The notes beneath the pieces were generated by a model, which saw only the letters and a list, made by a program, of their open reading frames with translations, was not told the origin of the DNA and ran no database searches. Made by a program: the position numbers and the translations under genes. DNA of 41,776 bases from Caulobacter vibrioides (lineage in GTDB: Bacteria > Pseudomonadota > Alphaproteobacteria > Caulobacterales > Caulobacteraceae): contig NCDQ01000006.1 in assembly GCA_002280275.1 (NCBI GenBank), forward strand, positions 1 through 41,776, given 5' to 3'. Shown here in pieces: positions 22,837-32,673 of this stretch (the first letter of the stretch is position 1; each line of letters begins with the position of its first letter).

Positions 22837-23469
22837 TCAGGCCGCGCCCACGACGGCGCCCTCGGCGGGACGCCAGATGAGGGCGTTGAGCTGGCCCTTG
22901 GCCTTCAGCGTGGCCTCCGGCGGCAGGCCAGGCTTTTTCCAGCCCGGGACGCCGAAGACATAAGACACTTGGGGGGCGTCAGGGCGCACGCAGATCGTCA
23001 TGTTGATCTCGCGTCCTTCGCCGGCCCGACACTGGTCGACGGCGAAGCCCAGATCGGCCCACTTGGCCAGGAGCTGTTCGCCCTTGGGTCCGCGCGCATC
23101 GCCCGCCTCGACACGGACATGGGCGATGTCGCCCTCGTCGCTCTTGCCGATCTCGGCCAGCGGCGTGTTGTCCTGTTCGACATTGATGATCGGCTGGGCC
23201 GGACCCTCGCCGGACTGCAGGAAGGCCTGCTCGACCTTGGCCTGGGGGAACAGAACCTTCAGCGTGGCCAGATCGAAGGCCACCGCGCTGTTGATCGGGC
23301 CGACGCCGTCGTTGCTGACCTGGAGCGGACCGCCCGTATAGGGCGCTACGGCCAAGGTCGTCGCGCCTTGGCCGGCCTCTTCGGTCGTCGGGGCCCTGTC
23401 GGTCTTGGCCGGGCCACAGGCGGCCAGAAGCACAAACGGCAGGGCGAGATAGCTGTGGCGGAGGGTCAT
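22837..23469 (-). CDS. Putative lipoprotein (DUF1131/YfeY-like)
   Basis: Lipobox LAAC; GVGPINSAVAFD motif; C-x10-C pair; ends ALIWRP. Family call from memory. Confidence 0.7.
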   Translation of the reverse strand: MTLRHSYLALPFVLLAACGPAKTDRAPTTEEAGQGATTLAVAPYTGGPLQVSNDGVGPINSAVAFDLATLKVLFPQAKVEQAFLQSGEGPAQPIINVEQDNTPLAEIGKSDEGDIAHVRVEAGDARGPKGEQLLAKWADLGFAVDQCRAGEGREINMTICVRPDAPQVSYVFGVPGWKKPGLPPEATLKAKGQLNALIWRPAEGAVVGAA

Positions 23470-23554
23470 GGGATCCTTCTAGCGAATGTGCGTCCTGCGC
23501 ACAAAACGCTTGTCACCCGGACGCGGCTTCACGCCCGGGCGATGGCGATCCCGA

Positions 23555-24142
23555 TCAGAGGATCTTGGCGGCTTCGTCGAAATCCAGGCGCGGGTTGCGC
23601 GGGAACAGGCCCTCGGTCGTGCCGTGGCCGATCGAGACGATGAAGTTGCTCTTGATGTTCGTCCCCGCGAAGAACTCCGCGTCGACGGCGGCGTTGTCGA
23701 AGCCCGACATCGGACCAACGTCCAGGCCCAGCGCCCGCGCGGCGATCATGAAATAGCCGCCCTGCAGCGAGCTGTTGCGCAGGGCGCCCCATTCCTTGGC
23801 GACGGGATCCGGGAACCAATCCTTGGCGCCCGGCGCGTGCGGGAAGAGCTTGGGCAGGGTCTCGGGGAAATCGAGATCGTAGCCGACGATGACTGTGCAC
23901 GGCGCCTGCAGGATCTTGGGCCCGTTCGAGCCGGACGACAGTTTGGCCAGGCGTTCCTTGGCCTCGGGCGAGGTCAAGAAATAGAAGCGAGCCGGGGTCG
24001 AGTTGGCGGCGGTGGGACCGAACTTGGTCAGGGCGTAGAGATCCCGCAGCACGCTCTCGGGCAGGGGCTCGGGATTCCAGCCATTATGGCTGCGCGCCTC
24101 GGTGAACAGTTGGGCGAGCGTGGCGTCTTCGAGCTTGGCCAT
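23555..24142 (-). CDS. Nitroreductase family protein, RutE/YcdI-like (malonic semialdehyde reductase-like)
   Basis: [58 protein letters not shown]. Confidence 0.9.
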   Translation of the reverse strand: MAKLEDATLAQLFTEARSHNGWNPEPLPESVLRDLYALTKFGPTAANSTPARFYFLTSPEAKERLAKLSSGSNGPKILQAPCTVIVGYDLDFPETLPKLFPHAPGAKDWFPDPVAKEWGALRNSSLQGGYFMIAARALGLDVGPMSGFDNAAVDAEFFAGTNIKSNFIVSIGHGTTEGLFPRNPRLDFDEAAKIL

Positions 24143-24210
24143 GGAAAGTCCTTCCGTAACTGCAGGCGTTACGATGTAGCGCCCCCGAAGGGTGGATCAA
24201 CCTGGAAAGA

Positions 24211-24783
24211 TCAGAGCGTCTGCTCGACCCGCGTCACTTCGGGGACGTAGTGCTTGAGCATGTTCTCGACGCCGGACTTGAGGGTCGCCGACGAGGACGG
24301 GCAGCCCGAGCAGGCGCCGCGCATGTGCAGCCACACTACGCCGGTCTGCGGTTCGAAGCGCGAGAAGACGATGTCGCCGCCATCCTGCGCCACGGCCGGG
24401 CGAATGCGGGTGTCGAGCAGTTCCTTGATCTCGGCGACGATCTGCGAGGTTTCCTCGTCGTAGTCGCCCTCGTCGTGGCCGCCGCCTTCGGCGTTCTGGT
24501 CCAGCAACAGCGGACGGCCGCTGGTGAAGTGGTCCATGATCGCCGCCAGGATCGGCGCCTTCAGGTGCGGCCACTGGGCGTCCTCGCCCTTGGTCACGGT
24601 CAGGAAATCGGGGCCGAAAAACACCCGCGTCACATCGCCAAGGTCGAACAGCGCCTTGGCCAGCGGCGAGGCGTCGCCCTCCTCGGGCGTGCGGAACTCG
24701 CGCGCGCCCTCACCCAGCACTTCGCGGCCGGGAAGGAACTTCAGGACCTCGGGATTGGGGGTGGTTTCGGTCTGAATGAACAT
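24211..24783 (-). CDS. nfuA: NifU/NfuA-type Fe-S cluster carrier
   Basis: MFIQTETTPNP..LKFLPG; RIRPAVAQDGGDI; GACSGCPSS; LKSGVENML. Confidence 0.93.
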   Translation of the reverse strand: MFIQTETTPNPEVLKFLPGREVLGEGAREFRTPEEGDASPLAKALFDLGDVTRVFFGPDFLTVTKGEDAQWPHLKAPILAAIMDHFTSGRPLLLDQNAEGGGHDEGDYDEETSQIVAEIKELLDTRIRPAVAQDGGDIVFSRFEPQTGVVWLHMRGACSGCPSSSATLKSGVENMLKHYVPEVTRVEQTL

Positions 24784-24841
24784 GCGCCTGAAATGGACCT
24801 CGCGATGTCGTGACGCAAGGGCGTCGAAAGCATGCATTTTA

Positions 24842-24863
24842 AAAGTGACACAGGCGTCATTTT
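24842..24863. promoter_or_regulatory. Palindromic operator candidate in the nfuA/P450 divergent promoter
   Basis: AAAGTGACAC-AG-GCGTCATTTT, 8/10 arm symmetry, ~40 nt before the P450 start. Confidence 0.55.
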
Positions 24864-24904
24864 CTGGCGTGATGTCGCAAAACACCGATCCGCGGGAGGA
24901 TCTC

Positions 24905-26173
24905 ATGAGTGACGGTTCGATCGACCTTAAGGCTGACGCGCGGGCGCGCGCCTATTCCATTCCCCTCGAAGACTATCACGTCGCCGATCCGGCCCTGTTC
25001 CAGGCTGATGCGATGTGGCCCTATTTCGAGCGCCTTCGGAAGGAAGCGCCCGTCCACTATTCGAAAGGCGACGAGGAGGTCGGCCCGTACTGGTCGGTCA
25101 CCCGCTACAACGACATCATGACCGTCGACACGACCCACCAGGTCTTCTCGTCGGACGCGCACCTGGGCGGCATCACGATCCGGAACTTCGACGAGGATTT
25201 CGTCCTGCCGATGTTCATCGCCATGGACCAGCCCAAGCATGACATCCAGCGCAAGACGGTCAGCCCGATCGTCTCGCCCCAGAATCTGGGTCGTCTGGAA
25301 GGCATTATCCGCGAGCGGGTCTGCCAGATCCTCGACAACCTGCCGATCAACGAGCCCTTCGACTGGGTCGACAAGGTCTCGATCGAGCTGACCACCCAGA
25401 TGCTGGCCACCCTGTTCGACTTCCCCTGGGAAGAGCGCCGCAAGCTGACGCGCTGGTCTGACATCGCCACCGCCTCGCCCGAGAGCGGCCTGATCGAGAG
25501 TGAGGAGGCCCGCCGCGCCGAGCTACTGGAGTGCCTGGCCTATTTCACCAACCTCTGGAACGAGCGGGTGAACCTGACCGAGCCGGGCAACGACCTGATC
25601 TCGATGCTGGCCCACGGCGAGGCCACCCGCGACATGCCGCCGATGGAGTATCTGGGTAACGTCATCCTGCTGATCGTCGGCGGCAATGACACCACCCGCA
25701 ACTCGCTGACCGGCGGCCTCTACGCCCTGTCCAAGAACCCGCAGGAAGAGGCCAAGCTGCGCGCCGATCCCAGCCTGATCCCGAACATGGTCTCGGAGAT
25801 CATCCGCTGGCAGACGCCGCTGGCCCACATGCGCCGCACGGCGCTGGAAGATTTTGAGCTGGCCGGTCAGACGATCAAGAAGGGCGACAAGGTCGTCATG
25901 TGGTACGTCTCGGGCAACCGCGACGACACCGTCATCGAGAACGCCGACCAGTTCATCGTCGATCGCCCCAACGCTCGCCGCCACCTCTCGTTCGGCTTCG
26001 GCATCCACCGCTGTGTGGGCAACCGCTTGGCCGAGATGCAGCTGCGCATCGTCTGGGAAGAGATCCTCAAGCGCTTCCCCAAGATCGAGGTCCTGGAAGA
26101 GCCCAAGCGCGTCTATTCGACCTTCGTAAAGGGGTACGAGCGGATGATGGTGCGGATCCCCGAGCGCAACTAA
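24905..26173 (+). CDS. Cytochrome P450, CYP153A-like
   Basis: GGAGGA RBS; MFIAMDQPKH, I-helix LLIVGGNDTTRN, EIIRWQTPLAHMRR, heme ligand HLSFGFGIHRCVG. Confidence 0.93.
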   Translation: MSDGSIDLKADARARAYSIPLEDYHVADPALFQADAMWPYFERLRKEAPVHYSKGDEEVGPYWSVTRYNDIMTVDTTHQVFSSDAHLGGITIRNFDEDFVLPMFIAMDQPKHDIQRKTVSPIVSPQNLGRLEGIIRERVCQILDNLPINEPFDWVDKVSIELTTQMLATLFDFPWEERRKLTRWSDIATASPESGLIESEEARRAELLECLAYFTNLWNERVNLTEPGNDLISMLAHGEATRDMPPMEYLGNVILLIVGGNDTTRNSLTGGLYALSKNPQEEAKLRADPSLIPNMVSEIIRWQTPLAHMRRTALEDFELAGQTIKKGDKVVMWYVSGNRDDTVIENADQFIVDRPNARRHLSFGFGIHRCVGNRLAEMQLRIVWEEILKRFPKIEVLEEPKRVYSTFVKGYERMMVRIPERN

Positions 26174-26176
26174 AGC

Positions 26177-26282
26177 TGTCATCCCGGCCAAGCGCGAAGC
26201 GCGCCGAGCCGGGACCCAGGGGGAACCGCAGTGCGCTGGCCCCTGGGTCCCGGATAGCCTCTGCGAGGCTTCCGGGATGACA
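26177..26282. repeat. REP/MITE-like element with 11-bp terminal inverted repeats TGTCATCCCGG, copy 1
   Basis: TGTCATCCCGG...CCGGGATGACA enclosing internal hairpins (GCGC-GAA-GCGC; CCGGGACCCAGGGG..CCCCTGGGTCCCGG; AGCCTC..GAGGCT); lies between convergent genes. Confidence 0.85.
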
Positions 26283-26308
26283 CAAAGGTTATAGCTCCAG
26301 GGCCGCCC

Positions 26309-27343
26309 TCAGGCGCCCCAGAAGCCGACCAGCTTCTTGACCTCGGCCAGGGTCGGCGCGGCGGCCTCGCGGGCCTTTTCCGCGCCCTTCGCGAGGATCG
26401 CGTCCAGCACCGCCGGATCGCCCAGCAGGCTGCGCATCCGCTCGCCCACGGGCGCCAGGCTCTCGACCGCCAGCTCGGCCAGGGCCGGCTTGAACGTCCC
26501 AAAGCCCTTGCCGGCGTACTCGGCCAGCACCTCGGCCTTGGTCTTGCCGGCCAGGGCCGCGAAGATGCCCACCAGGTTGTCGGCCTCGGCGCGGGTCGCC
26601 AGCTCCTCGATCGACTCCGGCAGCGGCTCCGGATCGGTGCGGGCCTTCTTGACCTTGGCGGCGATGTCGTCGGCGGTGTCGGTCAGGTTGATGCGCGAAT
26701 AGTCCGAAGGATCGGACTTGCTCATCTTGGCCGAACCGTCGCGCAGGCTCATGACCCGCGCGCCAGGCCCCTGGATCAGAGGATCGGGCAGCGGGAAGAA
26801 GCCGGGCGCATTGAAGTCGTGGTTGAACTTCTGGGCGATGTCGCGGGTCAGCTCCAGGTGCTGCTTCTGGTCCTCGCCGACCGGCACGTGGGTGGCCTTG
26901 TAGATTAGAATGTCGGCCGCCTGCAGCACCGGATAGGTGTAGAGGCCCACCGAGCTGCGCTCCTTGTGCTTGCCGCTCTTCTCCTTGAACTGGGTCATGC
27001 GGTCCAGCCAGCCGAGACGCGCGACGCAGTTGAAGATCCAGGAGAGCTCAGCGTGCTCGCGCACGGCCGATTGCGGGAAGATCGTCGCCTTGTCCGGGTC
27101 CAGGCCCGAGGCGATGTAGGCCGCCGCGATCTCGCGGGTCTGCTGGGCCAGGGCCGCCGGGTCCTGCCAGACGGTGATGGCGTGCAGGTCGGCCACGAAG
27201 ATGAAGGTGTCGATCTCGTGCTGCAGGCGGGTGAACTTCACCAGCGCGCCCAGATAGTTGCCGAGATGCAGGGCGCCCGAGGGCTGAACGCCCGAAAGCA
27301 CGCGGGGCGGGCCCGCATAGGTGACGGGAGCTTGGTCGGTCAT
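26309..27343 (-). CDS. trpS: Tryptophan--tRNA ligase
   Basis: [42 protein letters not shown]. Confidence 0.98.
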   Translation of the reverse strand: MTDQAPVTYAGPPRVLSGVQPSGALHLGNYLGALVKFTRLQHEIDTFIFVADLHAITVWQDPAALAQQTREIAAAYIASGLDPDKATIFPQSAVREHAELSWIFNCVARLGWLDRMTQFKEKSGKHKERSSVGLYTYPVLQAADILIYKATHVPVGEDQKQHLELTRDIAQKFNHDFNAPGFFPLPDPLIQGPGARVMSLRDGSAKMSKSDPSDYSRINLTDTADDIAAKVKKARTDPEPLPESIEELATRAEADNLVGIFAALAGKTKAEVLAEYAGKGFGTFKPALAELAVESLAPVGERMRSLLGDPAVLDAILAKGAEKAREAAAPTLAEVKKLVGFWGA

Positions 27344-27510
27344 GGCTTCAGCCTTGGGTCTTGAAACTTGGAATGGCGAGCGCGGCGGCGCGAACCGCAT
27401 CCGGGGATACGGCGATCAGAGTCAGGGTCAGCCGCGCCATCGCGGCGCATGAAATCCGATCACGGCCATGGACGCTGGTTACCGCTCCGCGCTGCGCAGG
27501 GCAAGCCGGC

Positions 27511-29121
27511 TCAGCGGCCGGCGCGCCGTCGCAGTACGGTCCTGGCCTCGGCCAGGGTGACCCCGCCCGACAGCAGCAACAGCACGGGGTAGAGCCCCGC
27601 CGCCAGGGCGCAGGTGGCCAGGATGGCCAGCTCCTTGGCCGAGCCTATACCTACGGCCAGGATCGGGGCCTCAAGGGCGGCGCGCCCGTGCGAGATCGCC
27701 GCCAGGATCAAGCCCAGGGCCACGCTGGCCGCCAGCACGCGAACAATCTTGCCCCAGGCTGCGGCGCTGGGCGTGTAGTCGCCACGCTTGCGCAGGGTCA
27801 GCGCCATCTGCAGCACATTGATCCACGAGGCGGCGCTGGTCGCCGCCGCCAGGCCGGGCACGCCCATGATCGGGAACAGGGCCAGGCCCAGGCCGATGTT
27901 CACCGCCACCGAGATCAGGGCGAACCGCATCGGGCCCTTGGTGTCGCCCCGGGCGAAGAAGGCCGGCGACAGGATGCGCGCCAGCACAAAGGCCGGGGTG
28001 CCCCAGCCGTAGTGCAGCAGGGCGTTGGCCGTCTGGCGCGCGTCGAACACCGTGAACTCGCCCCGAGTGAACAGGCCGTCGATCAGGAAGAACGGAATGC
28101 TGAACAGGGCCACGGCGGCCGGCAGGGTCAGGGCCAGGGCGAAGACGATGGCCTGGTCCATGGCGCCTTGCGCCTCGGCGCGGTCCTCGGCGGCCACGGC
28201 CCGCGACAGGCGCGGCAGCAGGGCTACGCCGATGGCCACGCCCACCAGGCCCAGCGGCAGCTGGTACAGGCGGTCGGCATAGGCCAGCCAGGTCCGCGCG
28301 CCGTTCACATGACTGGCCAGCACGCCCGAGATGGTGATGTTGATCTGGCTGGCGCTGGCGGCGATGGCGCCGGGGATGGCCAGGGCGATCAGGCCCCTGA
28401 TCTCCGGCGTCAGGCGCGGCAGCCGCCAGCGGATCGTGGCTCCGGCCTTGCGCACGGCCCAGACCAATAGCCCGACCTGAGCCAGTCCCGCCGCGAAGAT
28501 GCCCCACGAGGCGGCGACGGCCGCGTCATGGGCGTTGCGGGTCGGGATCACCGCGATCAGCGTCACGACATTGAGCAGGATCGGGGCTGCAGCCGAGACG
28601 ATGAACTTGCCCCGCGCGTTCAGCACCCCTGACAGCAGGGCCACGATCGCCATGCAAGGCAGATAGGGCATGGTGATCTGGGTCAGGATCACCGCCAGCT
28701 TGTACTTGTCGGTTCCAAAGCCAAAACCCGGGCTGATCACCATCATCAGCCACGGCATGGTCGCCTGGGCGATCAGGGTCAGGCCCACCGTGAAGGCGGC
28801 GATGGTGGCCATGGCGTCGGCGGCCAGCTTGTCGGCCACCTCGGGTCCGTCCCGGTCCAGGGTCTTGGAATACGCCGGCACAAAGGCCGCCGCGAAGGCC
28901 CCCTCGGCGAAGATCCGCCGGAACAGGTTGGGGAACATCTGGGCGGTGTTGAAGGCGTCGGCCGCGAAATTGGCGCTGGCCCCCAAGAAGTACGAGATCA
29001 CCAGATCGCGTACGAAGCCCATCAGCCGACTGACCAGGGTCAGGCCCGAATAGATCGCCGAGGACCGGATCATGCCGGGGGCTTTTTTCGGGGCGGAGGC
29101 GGGCGGCGCGGTGTCGGTCAC
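27511..29121 (-). CDS. murJ: Lipid II flippase MurJ (MviN)
   Basis: SRLMGFVRD, ADAF..PNLFRRIFAEGAF..AFVP, YADRLYQLPLG, FFARGDTKGP; many TM segments. Confidence 0.96.
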   Translation of the reverse strand: MTDTAPPASAPKKAPGMIRSSAIYSGLTLVSRLMGFVRDLVISYFLGASANFAADAFNTAQMFPNLFRRIFAEGAFAAAFVPAYSKTLDRDGPEVADKLAADAMATIAAFTVGLTLIAQATMPWLMMVISPGFGFGTDKYKLAVILTQITMPYLPCMAIVALLSGVLNARGKFIVSAAAPILLNVVTLIAVIPTRNAHDAAVAASWGIFAAGLAQVGLLVWAVRKAGATIRWRLPRLTPEIRGLIALAIPGAIAASASQINITISGVLASHVNGARTWLAYADRLYQLPLGLVGVAIGVALLPRLSRAVAAEDRAEAQGAMDQAIVFALALTLPAAVALFSIPFFLIDGLFTRGEFTVFDARQTANALLHYGWGTPAFVLARILSPAFFARGDTKGPMRFALISVAVNIGLGLALFPIMGVPGLAAATSAASWINVLQMALTLRKRGDYTPSAAAWGKIVRVLAASVALGLILAAISHGRAALEAPILAVGIGSAKELAILATCALAAGLYPVLLLLSGGVTLAEARTVLRRRAGR

Positions 29122-29210
29122 GCCCGGCTTCTGGGCGTTCGGCAGGGGGGCGTCAAGGCCCCCCTAGGCCCCGCGACCGGCCCCGTCCTGAGCCGTCGGA
29201 CGCGCCTGAT

Positions 29211-31007
29211 CTAGGCCGCCGCCCGTGTTTCGGCGCTTACAATCCGCAGCTCGCCCATGCGCTGGGCCAATCGCGAGGCTTCCTGCGCCAGGGTGTGGCT
29301 GGCGGCGGTGGTCTCCTCGACCATGGCCGCGTTCTGCTGCGTCACCTGATCCATCTGGTTCATGGTCGTGTTGACCTCGGACAAGCCGCGGGCCTGTTCC
29401 TGGGTCGACGAGGCCATGGCGGCGACCAGGCTGTCGATCTCGTCGACCTCGTGAGCGATGGCGCGCAGCGCTTCGCCCGCCTTGCCGACATACTCAACAC
29501 CCTGACCCACCTCGGCGGTGCTGGCGCTGATGAGGGTCTTGATCTCCTTGGCGGCGTCGGCCGAGCGCTGGGCCAGGGCGCGCACTTCCTGGGCGACGAC
29601 CGCAAAGCCGCGACCGGCCTCGCCCGCTCGGGCGGCTTCGACCCCGGCGTTCAGCGCCAGAAGGTTTGTCTGGAAGGCGATCTCGTCGATCACGCCGATG
29701 ATCTGGCCGATCTGGCTGGACGACTTCTCGATCGCGCCCATCGCCTCGACGGCCTGGCTGACGATCGAGCCGGAGGCGTCGGCGGCGCAGCGCGCGCGCT
29801 CCACCACCTTGCGGGCGCGCGCCGCGCCGTCGGCCGTCTGGCGCACCGTGCTGGTGATCTCGTCCAGCGCCGCCACGGCTTCTTCCAGGCTGGCGGCCTG
29901 CCGTTCGGTCCGGGTGGCCAGCTCATCGGCCGCCTCGGAAATCTCGGCCGTGCCGCCATGGATCGCCTGCGTCGCGTCGAGCGAGGCCGCAATGACGCCC
30001 GACAGCTTCTCGATGGCGGTGTTGAAATCGAGGCGCAGGGCTTCGTACCCAGCGGGGAACGGGCGATCCAGTCGGCAGGTCAGGTCACCGGTCGACATGC
30101 GGCCGAGCGCTCCGGCCAGGCTCTCGACGACCGCCTTTTGCGTGGCCTCAGCCTCCGCGCGCCGGCGATCGCTTTCGCGACGTTCGATCTCCAGCGCGTC
30201 GCGCACGTCGGCGGCTTCCAGTTCTTTGCGTCGCGCCTCGACGGTTTCGTGGAAGACGCGCAGCGCATCGGTCATCTGGCCGATCTCGTCCTCACTCTTT
30301 TTCTTAGGCAGAACAACGTCGAGATCGCCGGCTGACAGCCGGCGCAGACACCGGGTGATTTCGACCAGCGGCGCGACCAGGCCCCGGCGGGCGGCGAACA
30401 TCAAGACCGCTGCGAAGGCGGCCGCCAGCAATAGAAGCCCCGCCATGATCGCCTGACCAATGACGCCAAGCGATTTGGCCAGGTCCGCGTCGTGCGATGC
30501 GGCGGCCTCGATCTCGGTCGACGCCGCCTCCATCTTGTCCTCCAGGGCCGAGAACTGCTCGCCAAATCCCGCCAACTTGGCGTGCGAACCCGCTGGATCT
30601 GTGTCGGCGGTTCTGACGATTTCCTCGGCCGCGGTGATGTAGGCGTTAAGCGGCGCCTCGACCGCTTTCAGAGCGGCCTGGATTCTGGGATTCTCGGCCA
30701 ACTTGCCGCTCTGCGCGATATCGCCCCGGAACGCCTGGGTGTGTTCGACGAGGTCTGCGCGGACCGCCTTGAGGTCGACGCTCAGCGTGGGGTCACTGGA
30801 CATGATCGCGCCCATGACATCCGCGCGCAGGGCGTCGTGCATCATGTCAGCGTGCATGTGCAGTTGAAGGATCTTGGCCGAATCTTCAGCCCGGATCAGC
30901 GCGGAGCCGAGGCTCCAAGCCACCCAAAGTCCCGCGCCGGCCGTCGCCGCGCACAGAAGCGCCGCGCCAGCGGCGGCCCCCATGACCTTCTGACCTAAGG
31001 ACGCCAT
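29211..31007 (-). CDS. Methyl-accepting chemotaxis protein (2 TM, periplasmic helical sensor, HAMP domains)
   Basis: IDEIAFQTNLLALNAGVEAARAGEAGRGFAVVAQEVRALAQRS; HAMP DEIGQM; GGGAGAG RBS before ATG 31007. Confidence 0.95.
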   Translation of the reverse strand: MASLGQKVMGAAAGAALLCAATAGAGLWVAWSLGSALIRAEDSAKILQLHMHADMMHDALRADVMGAIMSSDPTLSVDLKAVRADLVEHTQAFRGDIAQSGKLAENPRIQAALKAVEAPLNAYITAAEEIVRTADTDPAGSHAKLAGFGEQFSALEDKMEAASTEIEAAASHDADLAKSLGVIGQAIMAGLLLLAAAFAAVLMFAARRGLVAPLVEITRCLRRLSAGDLDVVLPKKKSEDEIGQMTDALRVFHETVEARRKELEAADVRDALEIERRESDRRRAEAEATQKAVVESLAGALGRMSTGDLTCRLDRPFPAGYEALRLDFNTAIEKLSGVIAASLDATQAIHGGTAEISEAADELATRTERQAASLEEAVAALDEITSTVRQTADGAARARKVVERARCAADASGSIVSQAVEAMGAIEKSSSQIGQIIGVIDEIAFQTNLLALNAGVEAARAGEAGRGFAVVAQEVRALAQRSADAAKEIKTLISASTAEVGQGVEYVGKAGEALRAIAHEVDEIDSLVAAMASSTQEQARGLSEVNTTMNQMDQVTQQNAAMVEETTAASHTLAQEASRLAQRMGELRIVSAETRAAA

Positions 31008-31068
31008 ACCGTTCTCTCCCACAGGCCCAAATCGGGGAGAGGATGCTCCATGACCAGTCTAGCGATCC

Positions 31069-31076
31069 TTAACCAT
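31069..31076. promoter_or_regulatory. Possible CtrA half-site TTAACCAT upstream of the MCP gene
   Basis: Exact TTAACCAT ~60 nt upstream of the MCP start; no full TTAA-N7-TTAA site. Confidence 0.45.
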
Positions 31077-31168
31077 GCTGTTCTCGCGTGGGTGGCATAG
31101 TGTCGCAGGTCGGCTGACTAGGCTGCGGTAAAAGTCTAGAGCCTTCGGCTACTTAAGGACTCTTACGC

Positions 31169-31942
31169 CTAGCGCGGGATCTCGGCGGTTTTCACTAGGG
31201 CCACCTGACGGTAAACGGCGGCGATCTCGAAATAGCGGCCGAAGGCGGCGTGGAACTGATCGACAGCCTGCTTCACGCCCGGCCCGCCGATCTCGCTGAT
31301 GTCGTGCCAGTAGTCGTCCAGCACCATCATGCCGCCCACGCTGAGCAGGCTGGCGCAGAAGCACAGGTCGATCAGCACCGCCAGCGCCGTATGGCTGCCA
31401 TCGACATAGATCAGGTCGAACTGCTCGCCCCGCTCCAGCATCTGCGGCAGGACGTAGGTCGAAAAGCCCTTGTGGGTCGAAAGGCTCTTAAAGCCGCACT
31501 TTTCCATGTTGCGCCGGAAGCGCGGTTCGACGGCGTGGTACTTCTCTTCGGGGTTCAGAGCCTCATCGAACCACGGATCGATGACCGTAACCGCCAGGCG
31601 GTCCGGCAGCAGCCAGTCCATGAAGGCCAGGTTGCGGCCCTCATAGGCGCCGATCTCCATGTAGCGGATGGCCTCACCCGGCGGCCGCTTGGCTGCGAAG
31701 TCGCGCAGCAGCGGCGTGACGAAGGGGATGTTGTTGCTGGCCCAGGTCGAGGTGAACTCGAAGCCCTTGTCGGCGGCGTGGGCGTTGAAGGCCTCGACCA
31801 CGGCGTGGTCGCGCGGACCGCCCAGCATGGTCTTGGCCAGGTTCGGCGCCAGGCGCGGATTGACCTTGGTCAGCGAACGCAGCTTCGAGAGGCCGCCGCG
31901 ATGGGTGACCGTCTCGGCGTCGAAGTGCATGTCGGCGGTCAT
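31169..31942 (-). CDS. Class I SAM-dependent methyltransferase (Methyltransf_24-like)
   Basis: YMEIGAYEGR, IDPW, FDLIYVDGSH, GGMMVLDDY; GGAGGAG RBS before ATG 31942 (alternative start 31960). Confidence 0.88.
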   Translation of the reverse strand: MTADMHFDAETVTHRGGLSKLRSLTKVNPRLAPNLAKTMLGGPRDHAVVEAFNAHAADKGFEFTSTWASNNIPFVTPLLRDFAAKRPPGEAIRYMEIGAYEGRNLAFMDWLLPDRLAVTVIDPWFDEALNPEEKYHAVEPRFRRNMEKCGFKSLSTHKGFSTYVLPQMLERGEQFDLIYVDGSHTALAVLIDLCFCASLLSVGGMMVLDDYWHDISEIGGPGVKQAVDQFHAAFGRYFEIAAVYRQVALVKTAEIPR

Positions 31943-32000
31943 GGTTCCCGGCTCCTCCATCGGTTGCGAGGGAGACTAGGGCCAAGGTCTTAAGGAAGGG

Positions 32001-32369
32001 TCAGGCCGTGACGATCTGACCGTCCTGCACGGCGATGGGCCAAGGCGTCAGGCGGGCGCTGGTCGGACAGGGCCCCGCTACGCAGCCGCCGTCCTCGATG
32101 CGAAACAGGGCCGCATGGCCGGCGCACAGGATCAGGTCGTTGTCGCGGGTGAGGTAGCGGCCCGCGAAACCGGCCAGGGGCCAGCCGGCGTGCGGGCAAC
32201 TGTCGACATAGCCGACCAGGGTCTCGCCCTTGCGGACCACAAAGCCGGCGAACATCGCCTCGCCCTCGCGCCAGCGAAAGCCCTTCGACCCGGGCGAGGC
32301 GACCTCGTCCAGGGCGCACAGCACGGTCCCCGCCGGCGGGCGGGCGGGATTGTCCTCTGCGTCTCGCAA
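32001..32369 (-). CDS. Rieske [2Fe-2S] ferredoxin-like protein
   Basis: CPH..CAGH ligand boxes, GGCVAGPC. Confidence 0.88.
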   Translation of the reverse strand: MRDAEDNPARPPAGTVLCALDEVASPGSKGFRWREGEAMFAGFVVRKGETLVGYVDSCPHAGWPLAGFAGRYLTRDNDLILCAGHAALFRIEDGGCVAGPCPTSARLTPWPIAVQDGQIVTA

Positions 32370-32373
32370 AGGC

Positions 32374-32655
32374 CTAGAGCGCGCCGATCGCCACGCGCCA
32401 GGGGCGGACCTCGACGCTGTCGAACACCCCGGCGGTGGTGAACGGGTCGTTGTCGGCCTGGGCCTGGGCGGCCGCCAGATTCTCGGCCTCGACGATCAGC
32501 AGCGAGCCGATCGGATTGCCGTCATCGCCCAGCAGCGCGCCGGCCAGCTTCAGGCCGGTCGATTGGTTCAGATAGTCGAGGTGGGTGGGACGCGTGGCCA
32601 GGCGGGTGTCCAGCGCGCCGGGCTTATCCTTGCAGATGATGGCGAAGAGAGCCAT
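32374..32655 (-). CDS. YciI family protein
   Basis: RLATRPTHLDYL..AGALL..GSLLIVEA..DPF..AGVF. Confidence 0.9.
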   Translation of the reverse strand: MALFAIICKDKPGALDTRLATRPTHLDYLNQSTGLKLAGALLGDDGNPIGSLLIVEAENLAAAQAQADNDPFTTAGVFDSVEVRPWRVAIGAL

Positions 32656-32673
32656 GCGGGCGGGTCCTTTTGA

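Noticed and set aside
21850-23643. 597-aa plus-strand ORF spanning rimI-tsaB-lipoprotein
   Set aside because: Arg/Ala-rich antisense read-through across several real minus-strand genes.
31145-31170. Full CtrA box at TTAAGGACTCTTAC
   Set aside because: Spacing is 6 rather than 7 and the second half-site is imperfect.
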